A stretch of DNA of 64,000 nt, from NCBI GenBank assembly GCA_951406725.2, contig OX597816.1:49662001-49726000 (forward strand). The letters run 5' to 3'. A program made the position numbers and the translations under genes. Below are positions 41,618-56,723 of this stretch, one piece after another. The notes beneath the pieces are model-generated. The model searched no databases, was not told where the DNA came from, and was given only the letters and a program-made list of their open reading frames with translations. The stretch comes from Octopus vulgaris. Its lineage: Eukaryota. The first letter of the stretch is position 1. Every line of letters begins with the position of its first letter.

Positions 41618-42885
41618 CAGGGGTCACCAAAATTTATTCACAGCGGGCCAGATAATTGAGAGAATGACGACTGCCGGCGGCAGAACCATTTTATTCAATA
41701 AAAAAAAAGTGAATACAAGAAAATAAAGACAACTAACATATTTATTTACCAAAAAGTTATAAAAGAACATGACGTTAGCAGTAAGATAGTTATATCATAC
41801 CAAAAGTGCGCACACATCCGGATTTCACAAACTAAGCAAGAAGAAAGGTTAATGAGATTTGTGAAACTTGTGTTTAACTTTTTTTAAGATATCATTATTT
41901 GCTTTGGAATTGCTGCATCCAGCCAAGAGAATTGCTTTCAAATGTTCATCTGTTAACATCGTTCGATGTGCTGACTTCACATACTTTACTTTTGAAAATA
42001 CTTCATTTTGCTCATAGACACAAGTTGTTCCAAGCACTGATGCTATCTATCTATCTATCTATCCGCTCAGTCGAAGTCGACTCTCGGTTACTCGTTGGAT
42101 CAGCGTCCTCCAGAGTTTCTATGCTGGGCCGCTTCTTTCAGACTGGATATGTCCATTCCGGTATCACTCTTGATGGTGTCAAGCCAGCGGGTTCTTGGTC
42201 GGCCTCTCCCTCTCTTGCCACTGTCCATTCCGAGCATGATGTCCGTCTCCAGGGATTTTCTCCGCATAATACGACCATACCATACTGATGCCATACCAGA
42301 GGTAAATTTCTTCAACTTTGAATATTCATCATCAGGTTAGTAGCGATAGAATTCTACAAGCTTTACCCTTCTGAGCTTTTCTATCAACAAGTCATTTGCT
42401 TGTAAATCAAAAATCACCAACCGTATTTTTAAATGGCACGGCATCGAGGTTAAAATCATACGGATTTTGGAACAGATAAATGTCACTCTCAATACAGTGG
42501 AAATCTGAAAAAAAAAACGCTGTTAAAGTCACGAATAACCTTCCTCGGTAACTCGAGGTTCACAACTTTTGCGATTCAGCGCGAAACTTTTTGAGACACT
42601 GAAAATGAGAGAAGTTTCAACCTTCCCTTTGTGCTTCAAGCAACGATTGCTTTCTCGGAAATCCTTTGTTGAGTCTGTAGAGATCACAGATAAGGTCATC
42701 CTTTCCTTGAAGTTTGAAGTTCAATTCATTTATGCGGGATGTGATGTCAAACAAAACTGACAACTTTGTCAACCAGGTAGGATCTGACAGAAGTTGGTCA
42801 GCTGTATCCTTTTCGGTGATAAAAATATCTATTTCTCTTTGGAGCTTATAAAAACGAACGAGGACTTTAGCGTAGCCCACCCAAT
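41618..42885 (-). mobile_element. hAT (SPIN/Charlie, GTF2IRD2-like) transposase remnant
   Basis: WLTKLSVLFDITSRINELNFKLQGK and KKFTSGMASV/LGTTCVYEQ...FSKVKYVKSAHRTMLTDEHLKAIL (dimerisation domain). Terminus caggggtcaccaaa at 41618. Confidence 0.82.
42044..42283 (-). mobile_element. 5'-truncated RTE (BovB-like) insertion nested in the hAT transposase
   Basis: YGRIMRRKSLETDIMLG...GKRGRGRPRTRWLDTI with a (GATA)n tail. TSD actgatgc at 42036-42043 and 42284-42291. Confidence 0.88.
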
Positions 42886-43144
42886 TCCATGCTCAGTGAA
42901 ACAGAAAACCAAAACTTTCAAAGACAAACATTGCAGAGCGATTAGAGTGGAGTAAAAACCGACATAATGTGTGTGTTCGTGTGTGTGTGTGCGAAAGGAG
43001 ACGTTCTTCCGGGATGTAGAAAGAAGTAAAGTGAAACGTATGATAAAGTGAAGTACTGAAAGTATGATGAAGAGTTAAATCAGTGGTTCCCGCTGAGTCC
43101 CTGGGCTACATTCTTTTCGCACCCCTTCACTCAATACCAAAAAC

Positions 43145-43470
43145 GTTGACCAGGACTTATTCTTTGTAAGCCTGGTATTTTTTCTATTGGTCTCTTTTGT
43201 GAAACTGCTTAGTTACGAGGATGTGAACACATCAACATCGATTGTTATGCGATGGTGGGAGACGACAAACACAGACAAACAAACACACATCACACAAAAC
43301 ACGCAAAACACACGACCGGTCTTTTTTTCAGTTTCTGTCGACCAAATCCACTCACAAGGCTTTGGTCGGCCTGAAGCTATAGTTGAAGACATATGCCCAA
43401 GGTGCCACGCAGTGGAACGGAACCCGGAGCTATGCGGTTGGGAAGCAAGCTTCTTACCACACAGCCACAC
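43145..43470 (-). mobile_element. SINE family A, diverged
   Basis: ggacttattctttgtaagcc...gaagcaagcttcttaccacacagccac. Confidence 0.82.
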
Positions 43471-44541
43471 ACTCATTAGTGATGTCAATTGCATCCGCGT
43501 TACAGATAGCATGGTATTTAGAGTTCAAATTCCGCCGAGGTCGACTTTGCCTTTCATCGGTTTCACATCTCGCTATGTTGCATTTGCAACAGCGTGAAAT
43601 AGGTTCTTTTGTTAATGATTCAGGTGCAGAAACAAGTCAGAAATATTGGTACAAAATATATTTATTTTTTCTTTGAAGAAAATATCACACGTCTGGAACA
43701 AAAGATTAAGGCAGACCTGTATAAGTTCCTTGATTTTCTCAAAAATCGGCTAAACTGGAATAGGGTTTCCATATTTTGGATGAGAAAAAAGAACTGGTGA
43801 TATACTCTACATGGCTTTCTCAACAGTATAAAGATTGAAAACAACGCGAATAGATCATGAATTGGGACCATATTATTTCCCCAATACTCAGCTTATATTT
43901 TGCTTTACGTCAACAACAGAGAATGAGTTTATATACTACATGTATTTCCTGAGTTGAAAGCAGTTATGAATGCTGTATTGGTCTGCTTTCTGTGATAAGT
44001 AGCAAAATATGTCTCGTAACTCTTAGTTGGTGCACTAGAATCCACTTTATTATGACAGTAATGATTAAATAGTGTTGAATGAAGTATTACTTAGGTCAAC
44101 TACCTCATAGCCAGAGTTCATTTTCAAATGTCAGTTATCTATAAAAATGTTCTGAAAATACACAATCCATCATTACATTGTGTTGCTTTTTTTCTTCCTT
44201 CTATGATATTTTGCGCCTAATAATAGTTTATAAAAAGAAATTCTTCAACACAAGCGTTTTACAATGTAGAAGGATGCAGTTTGTTATATTTAAAGGTTGT
44301 TTCACTATAAATCATTTTCTTTTGTATCTAAAAAGTTTATTCATGACAAGGTATAATAGAGAGAAGTGTTCTATATATTTTATTCATAACAAAAGACTCA
44401 GAACGTGTCTCCTTTTTTCCAAGCTATGTAAAAATAAGATGTGAAAAGAAGAAAACAAAGACAAAAACAGAAAGTAAAAGCATAATGTTTGTAAACCAGT
44501 CAATGCTAATTAACACATTGGGAACTATCTCTTGCTTTTTA

Positions 44542-45803
44542 TCATGTCAGCCAATACGTTTTGTCCGATTTTACCTTTTTAAAATTGAATGAAATTTAAT
44601 AGTATTTTAGAATGTCTAATGGAATCAAAACTTATTTTATGCATTTGTGTACATTTAAACAAATTAAATATTATTTTACAGAATAATAGAATTAAAATTT
44701 CTTTGATAAAAATAATTCTAACATGAAAGAATCCAAAGAGCATTTAAGGCACATAATGCTTTATGAGTACAAAAAAGGGAACTCTGCAGCCGAAGCGACT
44801 CGAAACCTACACTCAAGTTATGGGAAAGAATGCTTGAATGAAAGAATTGCAGAATTTGGAAATTTCAGCCTTGAAGATGAAGATCGAACAGGACGTCTAG
44901 TTGAGTCTGATAATAAGCTCCATGAGGCATTACTTGAAGAAAATTCTACATTATCAATTGAAGAATTGGCAATAAAGCTTAGATCAAACCATGCATCTGT
45001 TCATCGTCATCTTCAACAACTTGGAAAGGTTCCTAAACTTGGAAAATGGGTCCCTCATGAATTGTCCGAAAGCAACCGGCAATCCCGAGTTGACATCTGC
45101 TCTTCTCTCCATTCCCGCCAACTCATTTCACCCATTTTGGATATACTTGTGACTGGTGACGAAAAATGGATCTTCTATTGAAATGTTAAACGTCGTAAAC
45201 AGTGGCTTGGTAAAAGGGAAAAGGCTCAACCACAACCGAGAAGGGAACTTCATAGGAAAAAGATTCTTCTCTCTATCTGGTGGGATTGCAAAGGGGAAAT
45301 TCACTTTAAATTGTTACCACCTAATGCAACAATCAATGCTGAAGTCTACTCTAAGCAATTAGAGAGTTTGAACCAAAATCTGAAGAAAAAAAACCGCTTT
45401 AGTGAATCGAAAAGGAATTATGTTTCATCAGGACAATGCGTGACCCCACACTGCAAATATCACATCACAGAAGATCGAAGAATTTAGTTGGAAAAAAATC
45501 CCTCATCCAACTTATTCTCCCGACCTTGTTCCTTCAGACTACTATTTGCTTCGTAGTTTACAGAATCATTTGTGGGACATAACTTTCGCAAGCCAGGAGA
45601 AGGTTGAAATTGATATTTCAGTGTTCTTCGCTTAGAAACCAAAAGAGTTTTACATTGATGGGATTAAAAGGCTTGTAAATAAATGGAGAGAAGCCATAGA
45701 TAATCAGGAAGAGTACATTGATGATTAAATTTCAATTAAATATAACATTTGATCACTTGTTTTCTTTATTCAAAATGCGGACAGAAATTATGCGATGACC
45801 TGA
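44542..45803 (+). mobile_element. Full-length but inactivated mariner (DD34D) transposon; transposase pseudogene at 44723-45728
   Basis: TA-flanked imperfect TIRs. Motifs WVPHEL, VTGDEKW, FHQDNA*PH and PTYSPDLVPSDYYL, with premature stops and frameshifts. Confidence 0.93.
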
Positions 45804-45841
45804 TACGTTGAGAAAAGTTAGAGTATTAAGGCAAGAATATT

Positions 45842-46146
45842 CTTTTCTACTCTCGGAACAAGGCCCAAAATTTTGGGGTAGGGGGTCAATCGATTAGATA
45901 GACCCCCAGTATGCAACTAGTAATTAATTTCCCGACCCGAAAGGATGAAAGGCAAAGTCGACCTCGGCGGAATTTGAACTAAGAACGTAAAGACCGACGA
46001 AATACCTATTTCTTTACTATCCACAAGGGGCTACACACAGAGGGGACAAACAAGGACAGACAAAGGGATTAAGTCGATTACTTCGACCCCAGTGTGTAAC
46101 TACGCATTTCGCCCGGCCTGCTAACATTTCTGCCAGCTCGCCGCCT
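45842..46146 (-). mobile_element. SINE family E (partial dimer)
   Basis: Same core and head as 36255-36832. Confidence 0.82.
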
Positions 46147-46814
46147 TATGTATACAGAATATTACAACCCAAGTGTGAAGGAGTCAAAGTTTTCTATTCA
46201 GATCGTGCTAAATTATCATAAACTAGACACATCACTTCAATACTTTTATAGAGATGATAGAATTAGAACAATATTTTAACGAAAATACCAAAATTTAATT
46301 CGAACGAGAAGAAAATCAATATCTTCGAAATTTGCATCCCTGGTAGTATTGAACAAACGCTAGGTTGTGAAATGTGTCTTATACTATTGATCATATGATT
46401 GAGATAAGCTTATTAAAATGACCACTTGGCTAAAGTAAACTTTTACGAACACATTTTATGAACAAATCTCCCGGCTGATGATACAGATATATTTGCAGAT
46501 TCACAATTTAGAAATGAACTAAAACATGACAGAAACTGTTTGAGAATTGCCTTAATTATGAAACAACAGATATACTACAATTCCCTGAAATGTAATTTCT
46601 GGTACCACTTTTTCATTATATATGAAGTATCTATCTAATTTGCTACCGACTCATAACACAATGTAGAAGTATGGATGTAAAATAATACATAGCTATCTAC
46701 GTATTACTAACAAACTTTGAGAAATGAAAAGATGCGAAACTCTCTAAAACTTAAGTTCACGTATCCTTCCGAGATAGCTAAGGATAAGCCAATCACTCAA
46801 TTTGTAAATAAAAT

Positions 46815-46815
46815 A

Positions 46816-46911
<96 letters not shown>

Positions 46912-46966
46912 CATCTATCTGCCTGTCTGTCTGTATGTCTGTCTATCTATCTATATATCTACCTAC

Positions 46967-47027
<61 letters not shown>

Positions 47028-47049
47028 GATCTATCTTTCTATCTGTCTG

Positions 47050-47103
<54 letters not shown>
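46815..47103. repeat. (TATC)n microsatellite, representative of many SSRs
   Basis: Directly visible. Other long SSRs: (TA)n 7084-7229, 12643-12720, 23727-23837, 56219-56310; (ATT)n 9473-9539, 25468-25530; (AAT/AAC)n 47473-47583; (CAT)n 40186-40248; (CA)n 20324-20389; (GA)n 19194-19239; (TATC)n 48558-48690. Confidence 0.98.
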
Positions 47104-47105
<2 letters not shown>

Positions 47106-47331
47106 CCTCGCACTGTATATATATATATATATATATACACATACATATTTAGGTTAGTTGGAATATGGCACCTATTCAGCTGCTAAAGGCAAATACACTG
47201 CAGTTAAGATGGAAAAAAAGAATCTTTCTTATGGTAAAACGATGTGAAAACACCCAGTTCGTTCAGTTCCACCCTCTCTCAGGAATCTCCAAAGTGTGAT
47301 TATACGTAAACACTGCTTAGCGCCGTTACTC

Positions 47332-47384
<53 letters not shown>

Positions 47385-47472
47385 AATCCAGTGTGCACTA
47401 AACAGAACGAGGAGATACATGGGATAAAGAATCGCTGAAGAGATGGCAGAATGTGCGAGGCAAGAGCTTAGA

Positions 47473-47513
<41 letters not shown>

Positions 47514-47526
47514 CAACAACAACAAC

Positions 47527-47576
<50 letters not shown>

Positions 47577-47711
47577 TAACAATAAAACTGAAGAGGATAC
47601 CACATATATATACCGTCTGTATATTAGGAAAAATATGAACATCCCCAAATATAATATCTGTTTCAACACAGAATTTCACATCAGGAAACTTGCAAAACAT
47701 ATACTAAGGGA

Positions 47712-47767
<56 letters not shown>

Positions 47768-48556
47768 GTATTTATATATGTGTGTATGTATGCAGATACC
47801 TATATACTCACGACAATCAGTTTCTCTATCACGTTTTCACAATATCTCTTTATCCGATCCTAATTTGTCGTTTGCTTTCTTGTGTTGCATAAGAATTGTT
47901 ATGACCGAAGATAAGTAGACTTGGGTCAATCTCTAGTAGAAGTCGCCGAATTTCAGCTTCCACGTATGTGGATGCTTCACGCGTGTGCTTGTATGTTTGA
48001 TTAGGTATGCCAGTTTGTCTACTTGTCTTTTCTTTACGTGTACTTGTGTTGTGTGTGTGTGTGTTTGTGTGTGGGGATTTGTATGTGTGAGTGCGTCGTG
48101 TGTTTATGATGCAACAACTAATGCAGTGAAGATTGCGTTTCGTCAGGGCTGTCGCAGTTCGTTAGGTTAGCGTTGCATTCGCCTCAAATCACCTCAAAGC
48201 ATCTCTTCTTAGACTGAGTTTATAACTTAATATAACAAAACACTAGGGCACGTGTACAGACAATATGCTTAACTTCAAATCAGAGTACGTCTTCTTATGG
48301 AAGATAAGGCACATAGCCGTTGAAATTACACTACGATGTTACACTTTAACTTACCATGCAATTTTGTCATTACACCTAGAATTAATGATTATGTGAATGC
48401 AGTCAGTATACATATGAAAGTCTGTGCGTAATCTCTTTATGATCTTCTAGAGATAATAACGAAAGTAGTAATTTTCGAAGCTTCACATTTTCGCTTAAAT
48501 CAGAAAACCTAGTGTTGTCCATCATAGGTGAACGTGTGTGTGTGTGTGCGCATGCG

Positions 48557-48629
<73 letters not shown>

Positions 48630-48717
48630 GTATCTATCTTTCTATCTATCTATATATCTATCTATCTATCTATCTATATTTATTTATCTATCATATATCT
48701 ATACTTATGTCTCCCTC

Positions 48718-48770
<53 letters not shown>

Positions 48771-50789
48771 GAATAAGAAATAGCAAACCCTTGGGGCAGT
48801 AATATGTATTTGAAAAAAATGAATAGAAATAGCTTTTGTGATAAGTTTCCCCTTTTAATTATTAGATGTTTACATGAATGATCAGAAAAAGACATTTCCA
48901 TTCACTTTTTTTTCACTACACACACACTCATACAGACACACACAAACAAACACACACACGCGCGCGCGCATACATATATTTAATTTGCATATGTATTACT
49001 AATTTTGAATCAGTTCCAATAATATGATTTCTGCCGAATGAAGTTCAATGCCTGTAAGATCTTTCCTTTGCAAATACTGTACACATAATATAAATATTAA
49101 GCAATGAGATTAAGTGCAACTTTTCCTGAATTATATTGACATTTGCATAGTGAAACAAAATTGAGCAGTACGAAACAAGTATACATTCATAAACACTTCT
49201 GTACATACATAAATTTTGAAATAAACTGAATAATGACATACATACATAAATATATTTATAGTCACAAAATATAAAGTTTTAAATACCGTTTACTTCATAG
49301 GAATCGAAAAGTAAATTAAGTATAAAGTTGCAAAGGGAAGTGCTCAAGAAAAAGCCGAGGCAAAAGACAAATTTAGTGGATAAAAAATAAAGGGCATAAT
49401 TGTTCATAGCACTTCAAATCATCCCCATATATACATATCATAGAATATAAATACATACTTAAATACCAAAGCCATAATAACGAAGGATTACCAGAACGGG
49501 AAACCTCTCTGATGAAGATATATTTCTGACCTGATGAAGGGGCCACTACGGATTCGAAGGTTATAATGGACATAGGTTATAATGGACATAGCTAGAGGCG
49601 ATGGCCTCTTGGAGCTAATCAACGGCAGCTTTCGTCCTATATTCATGGACTGCCATATTAGCGTGGCGATAACTGTTAATATCCAGTACCGCTGCCGTAG
49701 TCTCCTTTAGGGACACTTAGAAATAATAATATTTCCATTAATCTATAGTGTATCATTAATATTCTCTTAGGTAGGCTCTCTCTTTCTCAATATGCATTAG
49801 CAAGCTTGTATTTCATTGCATACGCAGTTGTCAAAACAACGTAATTAGGAGGAATGTATTTTCGTTTAGATCTGTCCTAAATGTAGATCCTTACATAATT
49901 CGACGACCAGTTACGTATAAAATACTAATTTCTCAAGCATAGGTAAAGATAATGTGCAAAGAGTCTGGAATGCAATTGTGTTTACAGGCTAATCACACGC
50001 CTTCAATATACACAAGTCCATGTTGCATTAAACATATGAAGTACAATGAAATATTGAAATTGAATTATATTATTATACATTATGTAGCAAGCTATTTCAT
50101 CATCACACCTATTATTTAAGACTACGCATTTATTGCTTGAATACATATTTAAAGCTATTTGAAATCTATTCAAATTCCATTTGAAATGATGACTATAGTA
50201 GTAAATCTGACTCTTTTACATTGCTGCTTACATCAGGAACTAAACCACTGTCCAAATAATGACACGTCATATTAGATGCAAGCAATTTTAAATTATTTCT
50301 AATAGTTATGATCTCTTACAAATAAAGATTAATGCTTTTAGTGTCCATGATTTACAATTGCTTTTCACGCATACCTCTGTTCTTGCAGAATTTGTAATGA
50401 AAATCTAACGTTACATAAGTAACAACTACCTATTGTAATGTTCATCGCTATATCTAGTTTGCTAGCCAATATTATAATGTTTTAATATTCCAAAGAACGG
50501 AAGTATGTCCAATATGTTTTATCATTAGATCAACGGACAATTATACCAACGGGTTATTTTTCTACTACTCTTATGTACTGAGCTCAAATTATTTCCGTGG
50601 TCAACATTTATTTCCTCCATACGTGGTGAAAAAAGATAACGTGACAGTTATGCACGGGCTCGCTGTAATAAGTTACCCCTCTCTGGCAACTTATAATGTG
50701 CCTTATTTGAAACAAATATAAAGGAGATGGATGAACAAATTCGGGAGAACGACAGCCAAAATATGTTAATTTAACACCCATTTTATTTA

Positions 50790-51282
50790 TTGATTCAGTC
50801 CATAAACTAGGATTTGACTACACCTCCATTTAGAGCACAGTTAAATATTTTCGTGGAAGAATGTTTATGTTCGTATAACCTGTGTTAATTTTGTAACCCT
50901 TTAAAATAGAAGATACTTTCGGAACTTGATGCTTTGGAAACTAGAAAAATAAATTGCTGTTGCTTGGCTGAGATGTGCTACCCCACCCTCCATATTCACC
51001 AGATATTGCTCCTTCGGATTTCAACTTATTCAGGGCTCTGCAGAATAGCCTTAATGGTAAAAATCTCAATTCCTTGCATGACGTAAAAAGATACCTTGAT
51101 GAATTCTTTGCCATGAAGCCAGCTCAATTCTGGGAAGAGGCTATTTTCAAGTTGAAGGAAAGATGGAGACGCATTTTGCAATAAAATGGTTCATATTTGG
51201 TTGATTAAAAGTTTAATGGTAAGTAATTATTGACCTTTTTCTTTCCTTTAAAAATTGGCGCGAACTTTGCGGACAACCCAAT
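50790..51282 (+). mobile_element. Second copy of the internally deleted mariner family (left TIR lost)
   Basis: LPHPPYSPDIAPSDFNLFRALQNSL. Right TIR aaattggcgcgaactttgcggacaacccaa then TA. Same deletion junction as 1937-2502. Confidence 0.9.
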
Positions 51283-51589
51283 ACTTAATTCGATTCATAT
51301 TGTGGTCATTTTGTCTACATTATGTTAGAGTTCTATAAGAAGACCTAGCAAAATACTATTATTGGCATAATACACTGTTTTCTCACAGGAAATTTATCAT
51401 TTTACGCAGGAATTAGAAATATTCATTTCGAATTTTGGTACAAATTTAGCAATTTCTGGGTAGGGCGTAAGTCGATTACATCGCCCCTAGTATGCAACTG
51501 ATACTTATTTTATCGACCACAAAATGATGGATGGCAAAGTGAACCTCGGCAGAATTTGAACACACAAAGCAACGACGGACAAAATGCCC

Positions 51590-51722
51590 CTCAGGAAGGA
51601 AGGGAAGAAAGAGGGTTTAACGTTTCGAGAAGAGCTCTTCGTCAGAAACATAGGAAAATGAAAGATCCAGAGAAGGGAAGACGGAGGGAAAAAATCGCCA
51701 ACGGTACACGCGCAGTCACATT
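51590..51722 (-). mobile_element. Family C short element (partial) with intact-core hammerhead-like motif at 51615-51649
   Basis: Minus strand reads gttt-CTGACGA-A-GAG-CTCTT-CTC-GAAAC-GTT-aaac. It is joined to a family E SINE piece at 51430-51590. Confidence 0.75.
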
Positions 51723-51751
51723 TTGAATGGGAAATACTTTTACATATTAGC

Positions 51752-51841
<90 letters not shown>

Positions 51842-52676
51842 AAATGCTAATATTTAAAAGTATTTCCCATCTCGCTCTCTCCCCATAGATACATACATAC
51901 GCATACATACACACACAGCCACGCAGACATATATAGGCGTATACGAACAATTTTTTTTAAAGTTTTTCCGTTCACAATTTCTGTTCGCACTGTTTGTAAT
52001 CTATGATCTCTCGTAAGTAAAAATTAATTACATCTCTCGTAGTAGCAACACATTTTATAAGTTTCACGAGAACATTTAACTCAATATAACGAGGCCAATG
52101 AATTGTAGTGGATAGGATGACATTTACTTTAAATATATAACAAATAATGATAATACTTCATGTCACTAGGGTCTGCATGCATTACAAGCACTTCTGGAGA
52201 TAAATGTATGTTCTGTATGTGTTGAAATATTACCTCGTTATAACATATATTTCAGCATCTACAAATTAATGATTATTACTACCTAATTGCTTAGATATTC
52301 GATAAACATAGTTTAAGAAAAATAAAATTCTATCTACGAAAATTCGTTTATATAGATTTAAATGTTACTTACGGAATATATTTTGACTTAAATCTTTTTA
52401 ATTCATCAACTCTGTGAACCAATTAATTTACCTCTGAGCAAATTATATAATGAAGTAATACATAATTTTAAAATGTTTTCATTATATGTAGGCCCATTTC
52501 AAAATCAAATTGACAAATTCTGTTTAACTGATTCTCATACCATGCATGAAGTTACATTGAGTAATGGTTCTTGCTTTCGAATATTTCATTTCTTATATCC
52601 ATATAACTACAGAGATATCCACAGACACACACACACACACACAGATACATATATGTGTGTATGTGTGTGTGTGTGT

Positions 52677-52990
52677 GGAGGTGCAATGGCCTAGTGGTTA
52701 GGGCGTCGAACTTGCGGTCGTAGGATCGAGGGTTCGATTCCCAGACCGGGCGTGCGTTGTGAGTGTTTATTGAGCGAAAACACCTAAAACTCCACGAGGC
52801 TCCGGCAGAGGTTGGTGGCAATCCCTGCTGTACTCTTTCGCCACAACTTTCTCTCGCTCTTCTTTCTTTTGGCCTGCTCGCTTAAGTAGCGGAGTTGCGT
52901 CATTTAAAGGCTATACCAACGCGAAGTGCATTGTGACAAGCGATGTGTAGCAACATCTGATAGCCTGATCGGTCACGTGGTCACATGGTA
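52677..52990 (+). mobile_element. tRNA-derived SINE with intact Pol III A and B boxes
   Basis: A box tggcctagtgg (52687) and B box ggttcgattcc (52731). There is no acceptor stem, and the sequence continues into a ~240-bp body. Confidence 0.8.
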
Positions 52991-53941
52991 TATATATATC
53001 TTAAAAAGTATATTTTACTTTACAATTATATCAAAGCTGTGATTGGAAACTTCTTAGTGCACCAGATTTAAGATGGTATATTATAAACATTCGCACTCAA
53101 TATTCGAAGATATCGATATTGATTTATTCGCTCCTCACATTAGATGTGGTAAATTAAAACTTATTCCTCGATTCATGAAATACACTATACCTGTTCCTAA
53201 ATATATGCTCCTTTATTCCAAACGGAAAAATTCGTAATTCTATAGCCATTGAATGAGCCCCATTTTAAATTAGAATTAAAGGCATGTTATTTTCAATAAA
53301 TTAACATTGTAAAATACTATGGAGACTCAACATCCTTAAATCAGTGTTGAGTGATGTGAATTTTAATACTGTTGTAAAAATAGTGTTCTTTCTTCAATGT
53401 TATTCAATCAATTTCCCTGCTACCGTTTACCAACTGCAGTTGAAATATTATAATTAATATTAAATGATCTCTATTAAGCGCAATGGTGAATAATCATGAG
53501 AACTGCAATGCTTTAAATAAACTCTAAATTTATTTTTCCTGTCAATAATTCATATATACGTTCTGTTGCTGATTGGTTAAAATACTTTATCATTGCCAAA
53601 GCAAAGTAGCATTAGTCAGAATAGACAATTACATAAATTGTGGATTCATAAATTTCTTAAAAGATTTGCGATTCGTTACTAAATACAAATGGAGAACATT
53701 AATTGCAGGGTCAGCGTCTAACCTTTACTTCATTATCGCAACAATATAAGCTAATGTTAGAATCTACGACTGATATCTGATTATAAGTTCAGTTATTATT
53801 GTTTACAAATCTACAGATTTGTCTTTCAGTTCTTTACATCTATTCTGGAAACGTGTCTCATGCGAATGCCTTGCCCGTCGTTCCCACATCATTTCTTTTC
53901 TTCCCTACTCCATCATTCTTTCTTTCTTTCTGTCTGGTTAT

Positions 53942-54408
<467 letters not shown>

Positions 54409-56214
54409 TGTCTCATTCTTATTTAAGAATCTATTTTACTTACAAATAATCATACGTATATTAACAATTTCTATACATATGTAACTACACCCTCGGGCGT
54501 GCGCGCTCGCATACACACACACACACTCGCGTACCCACAGAGACACACATATAACGAACATATTCGACGATCGTAGGATATTAATCATGGTTAGCATACG
54601 CTCGTGACGACATACGTAATTCTTTTATTTAAATTAAAATTTTCGCAATGCATATCTCCTAATCTCCTACCCTATGTATAATATATAGCGAATCATGTAT
54701 AATATATAATAATTAGTATACATATACATGCAAAATATGTCAACATACGTAGAGGGTTACGAGAGTAAGATCGATTGACAATATACCTCAAGGTAACTTT
54801 TTCGTGAACAATCATTAAACTCAAGATACACAACGAACTCACAATGTATCGAAGTACATATGTTTTAATTTTTGTACATATTTATTATTATTCTTTTGCA
54901 AAAAACAATGCAACTTTCTTTTTTCCCCTTTCTCATTTAAAAAAAACTTTTTTTACATAACTATTCTTGATAAGTCACACTATGACGAAAACCGGTTTGA
55001 ATAAATATATATTTATATATTTTTTCAATTTCTCATTTCATTAAAAAAATGTTTCTTTCAATTTAGCATTCTGCATTTTTACAATTTTTCCTTGCTTATC
55101 ATTTCTCCACGTGCGGTCAACACAATCCCACCATTTATTGATCTATATATATATAGAATTACACTTACCTGCAAATATGAATTTGCATTTATTCACGTGT
55201 GATGAGTCTATCCGTTTGGAAGTGTATTGTGGGGTTGATGATGGCAGTGGTAGTTGTGTAGATAAGTCGGTACCTGCGTTTGTGAAACTGCATATGTACT
55301 TTTCAAAGATGGTCGAAGTCTAATGTGTGAAAGAGTTTTTTTATCGACACAACTTCACGACAGGTATATGATTCTAAATGAGTAAGAGAACATGGAGCGA
55401 GCGATAATGAAATGACGATTGTCCTTTCGTTATTTCGATCTTGCAGGAAATGAAAAGGACTTATTTGGAGTCCCTAATGTGATGTATGTAATTTTAAGCT
55501 TACTATTAGTCATTGAGTGTTTTTGTATATAGTTGGAGTGGACATGGCCCTTGTATTATGATTTTAAGCTTTCGTATGAGGATTTAGGCATGGAACATGA
55601 GAACTACCCAGAATGTTTGCAAGAATGTAAACACCAAACGACTCAGCTAATTTGTTGGTGATGATGTTAAGATAGTAAACGGATTTCTCAGGACGAATTT
55701 TCTTTAAAAATGTACACACAGATCGTGATCAAGTACCGCAAATAATTTCGGTAGGTGATCTAACGATTTCTTCACTCACACGCTCAACGCCGTCGAATCT
55801 TGATGAATGCAACGGTTTTAATATTTCAAAATATAAGCAACTGCATCCAGTTCACTTCGTTTCACACTACCTTTGCAGCCTCGCTTAATACTGTAATCGA
55901 TGAGAGGTCTTCTAACTTGTCCTTCATTTCGAAAGAAATAATGGTTTAATATTTATTTCTCAAACAAGATTTTTCTGCTTCAATAGGACAGGGCATCTGA
56001 GATAATTTTGAATATAGTCATATATTCTCAATGCTTATAAGAAGTGTTGGGGCCTGCGAGTGCTTTGAGTTTGAACGCTGATTTCTTTGACGAGGGTGGG
56101 CCTGAAGCTAAACAACGACAATAAGGAATGCTTAAAATATAATCATTAGTACGAAATTAAAAATATTGGCTGATTAAATATCATTACCAATGCTATACTG
56201 TACACACTGCATTC

Positions 56215-56486
<272 letters not shown>

Positions 56487-56488
56487 TC

Positions 56489-56673
56489 GGCATGATAGAT
56501 AGTTAGCCACTACACACATTTTTTTCTCTCCTTGTTTTTCTCTCTCCCTTTCTGTGGAAGAGCGTAGGCTCGAAGCGTAAAATACATTTTCTATTCCTGA
56601 GCGTTATACTAATAGATCTGTTTGTCTTGTACACCACCTTTCTTCGTCTTTTGTTTTTTTCGTAAACTCTCCC

Positions 56674-56675
<2 letters not shown>
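56489..56675 (+). mobile_element. Family B short element with hammerhead-like motif at 56548-56583
   Basis: cttt-CTGTGGA-A-GAGC-GTAG-GCTC-GAAGC-GTA-aaat. (TA)n on both sides. Confidence 0.75.

Positions 56676-56723
<48 letters not shown>

Noticed and set aside
52679-52752. Functional tRNA gene
   Set aside because: A and B boxes are present, but the acceptor stem does not pair and the sequence continues into a SINE body.
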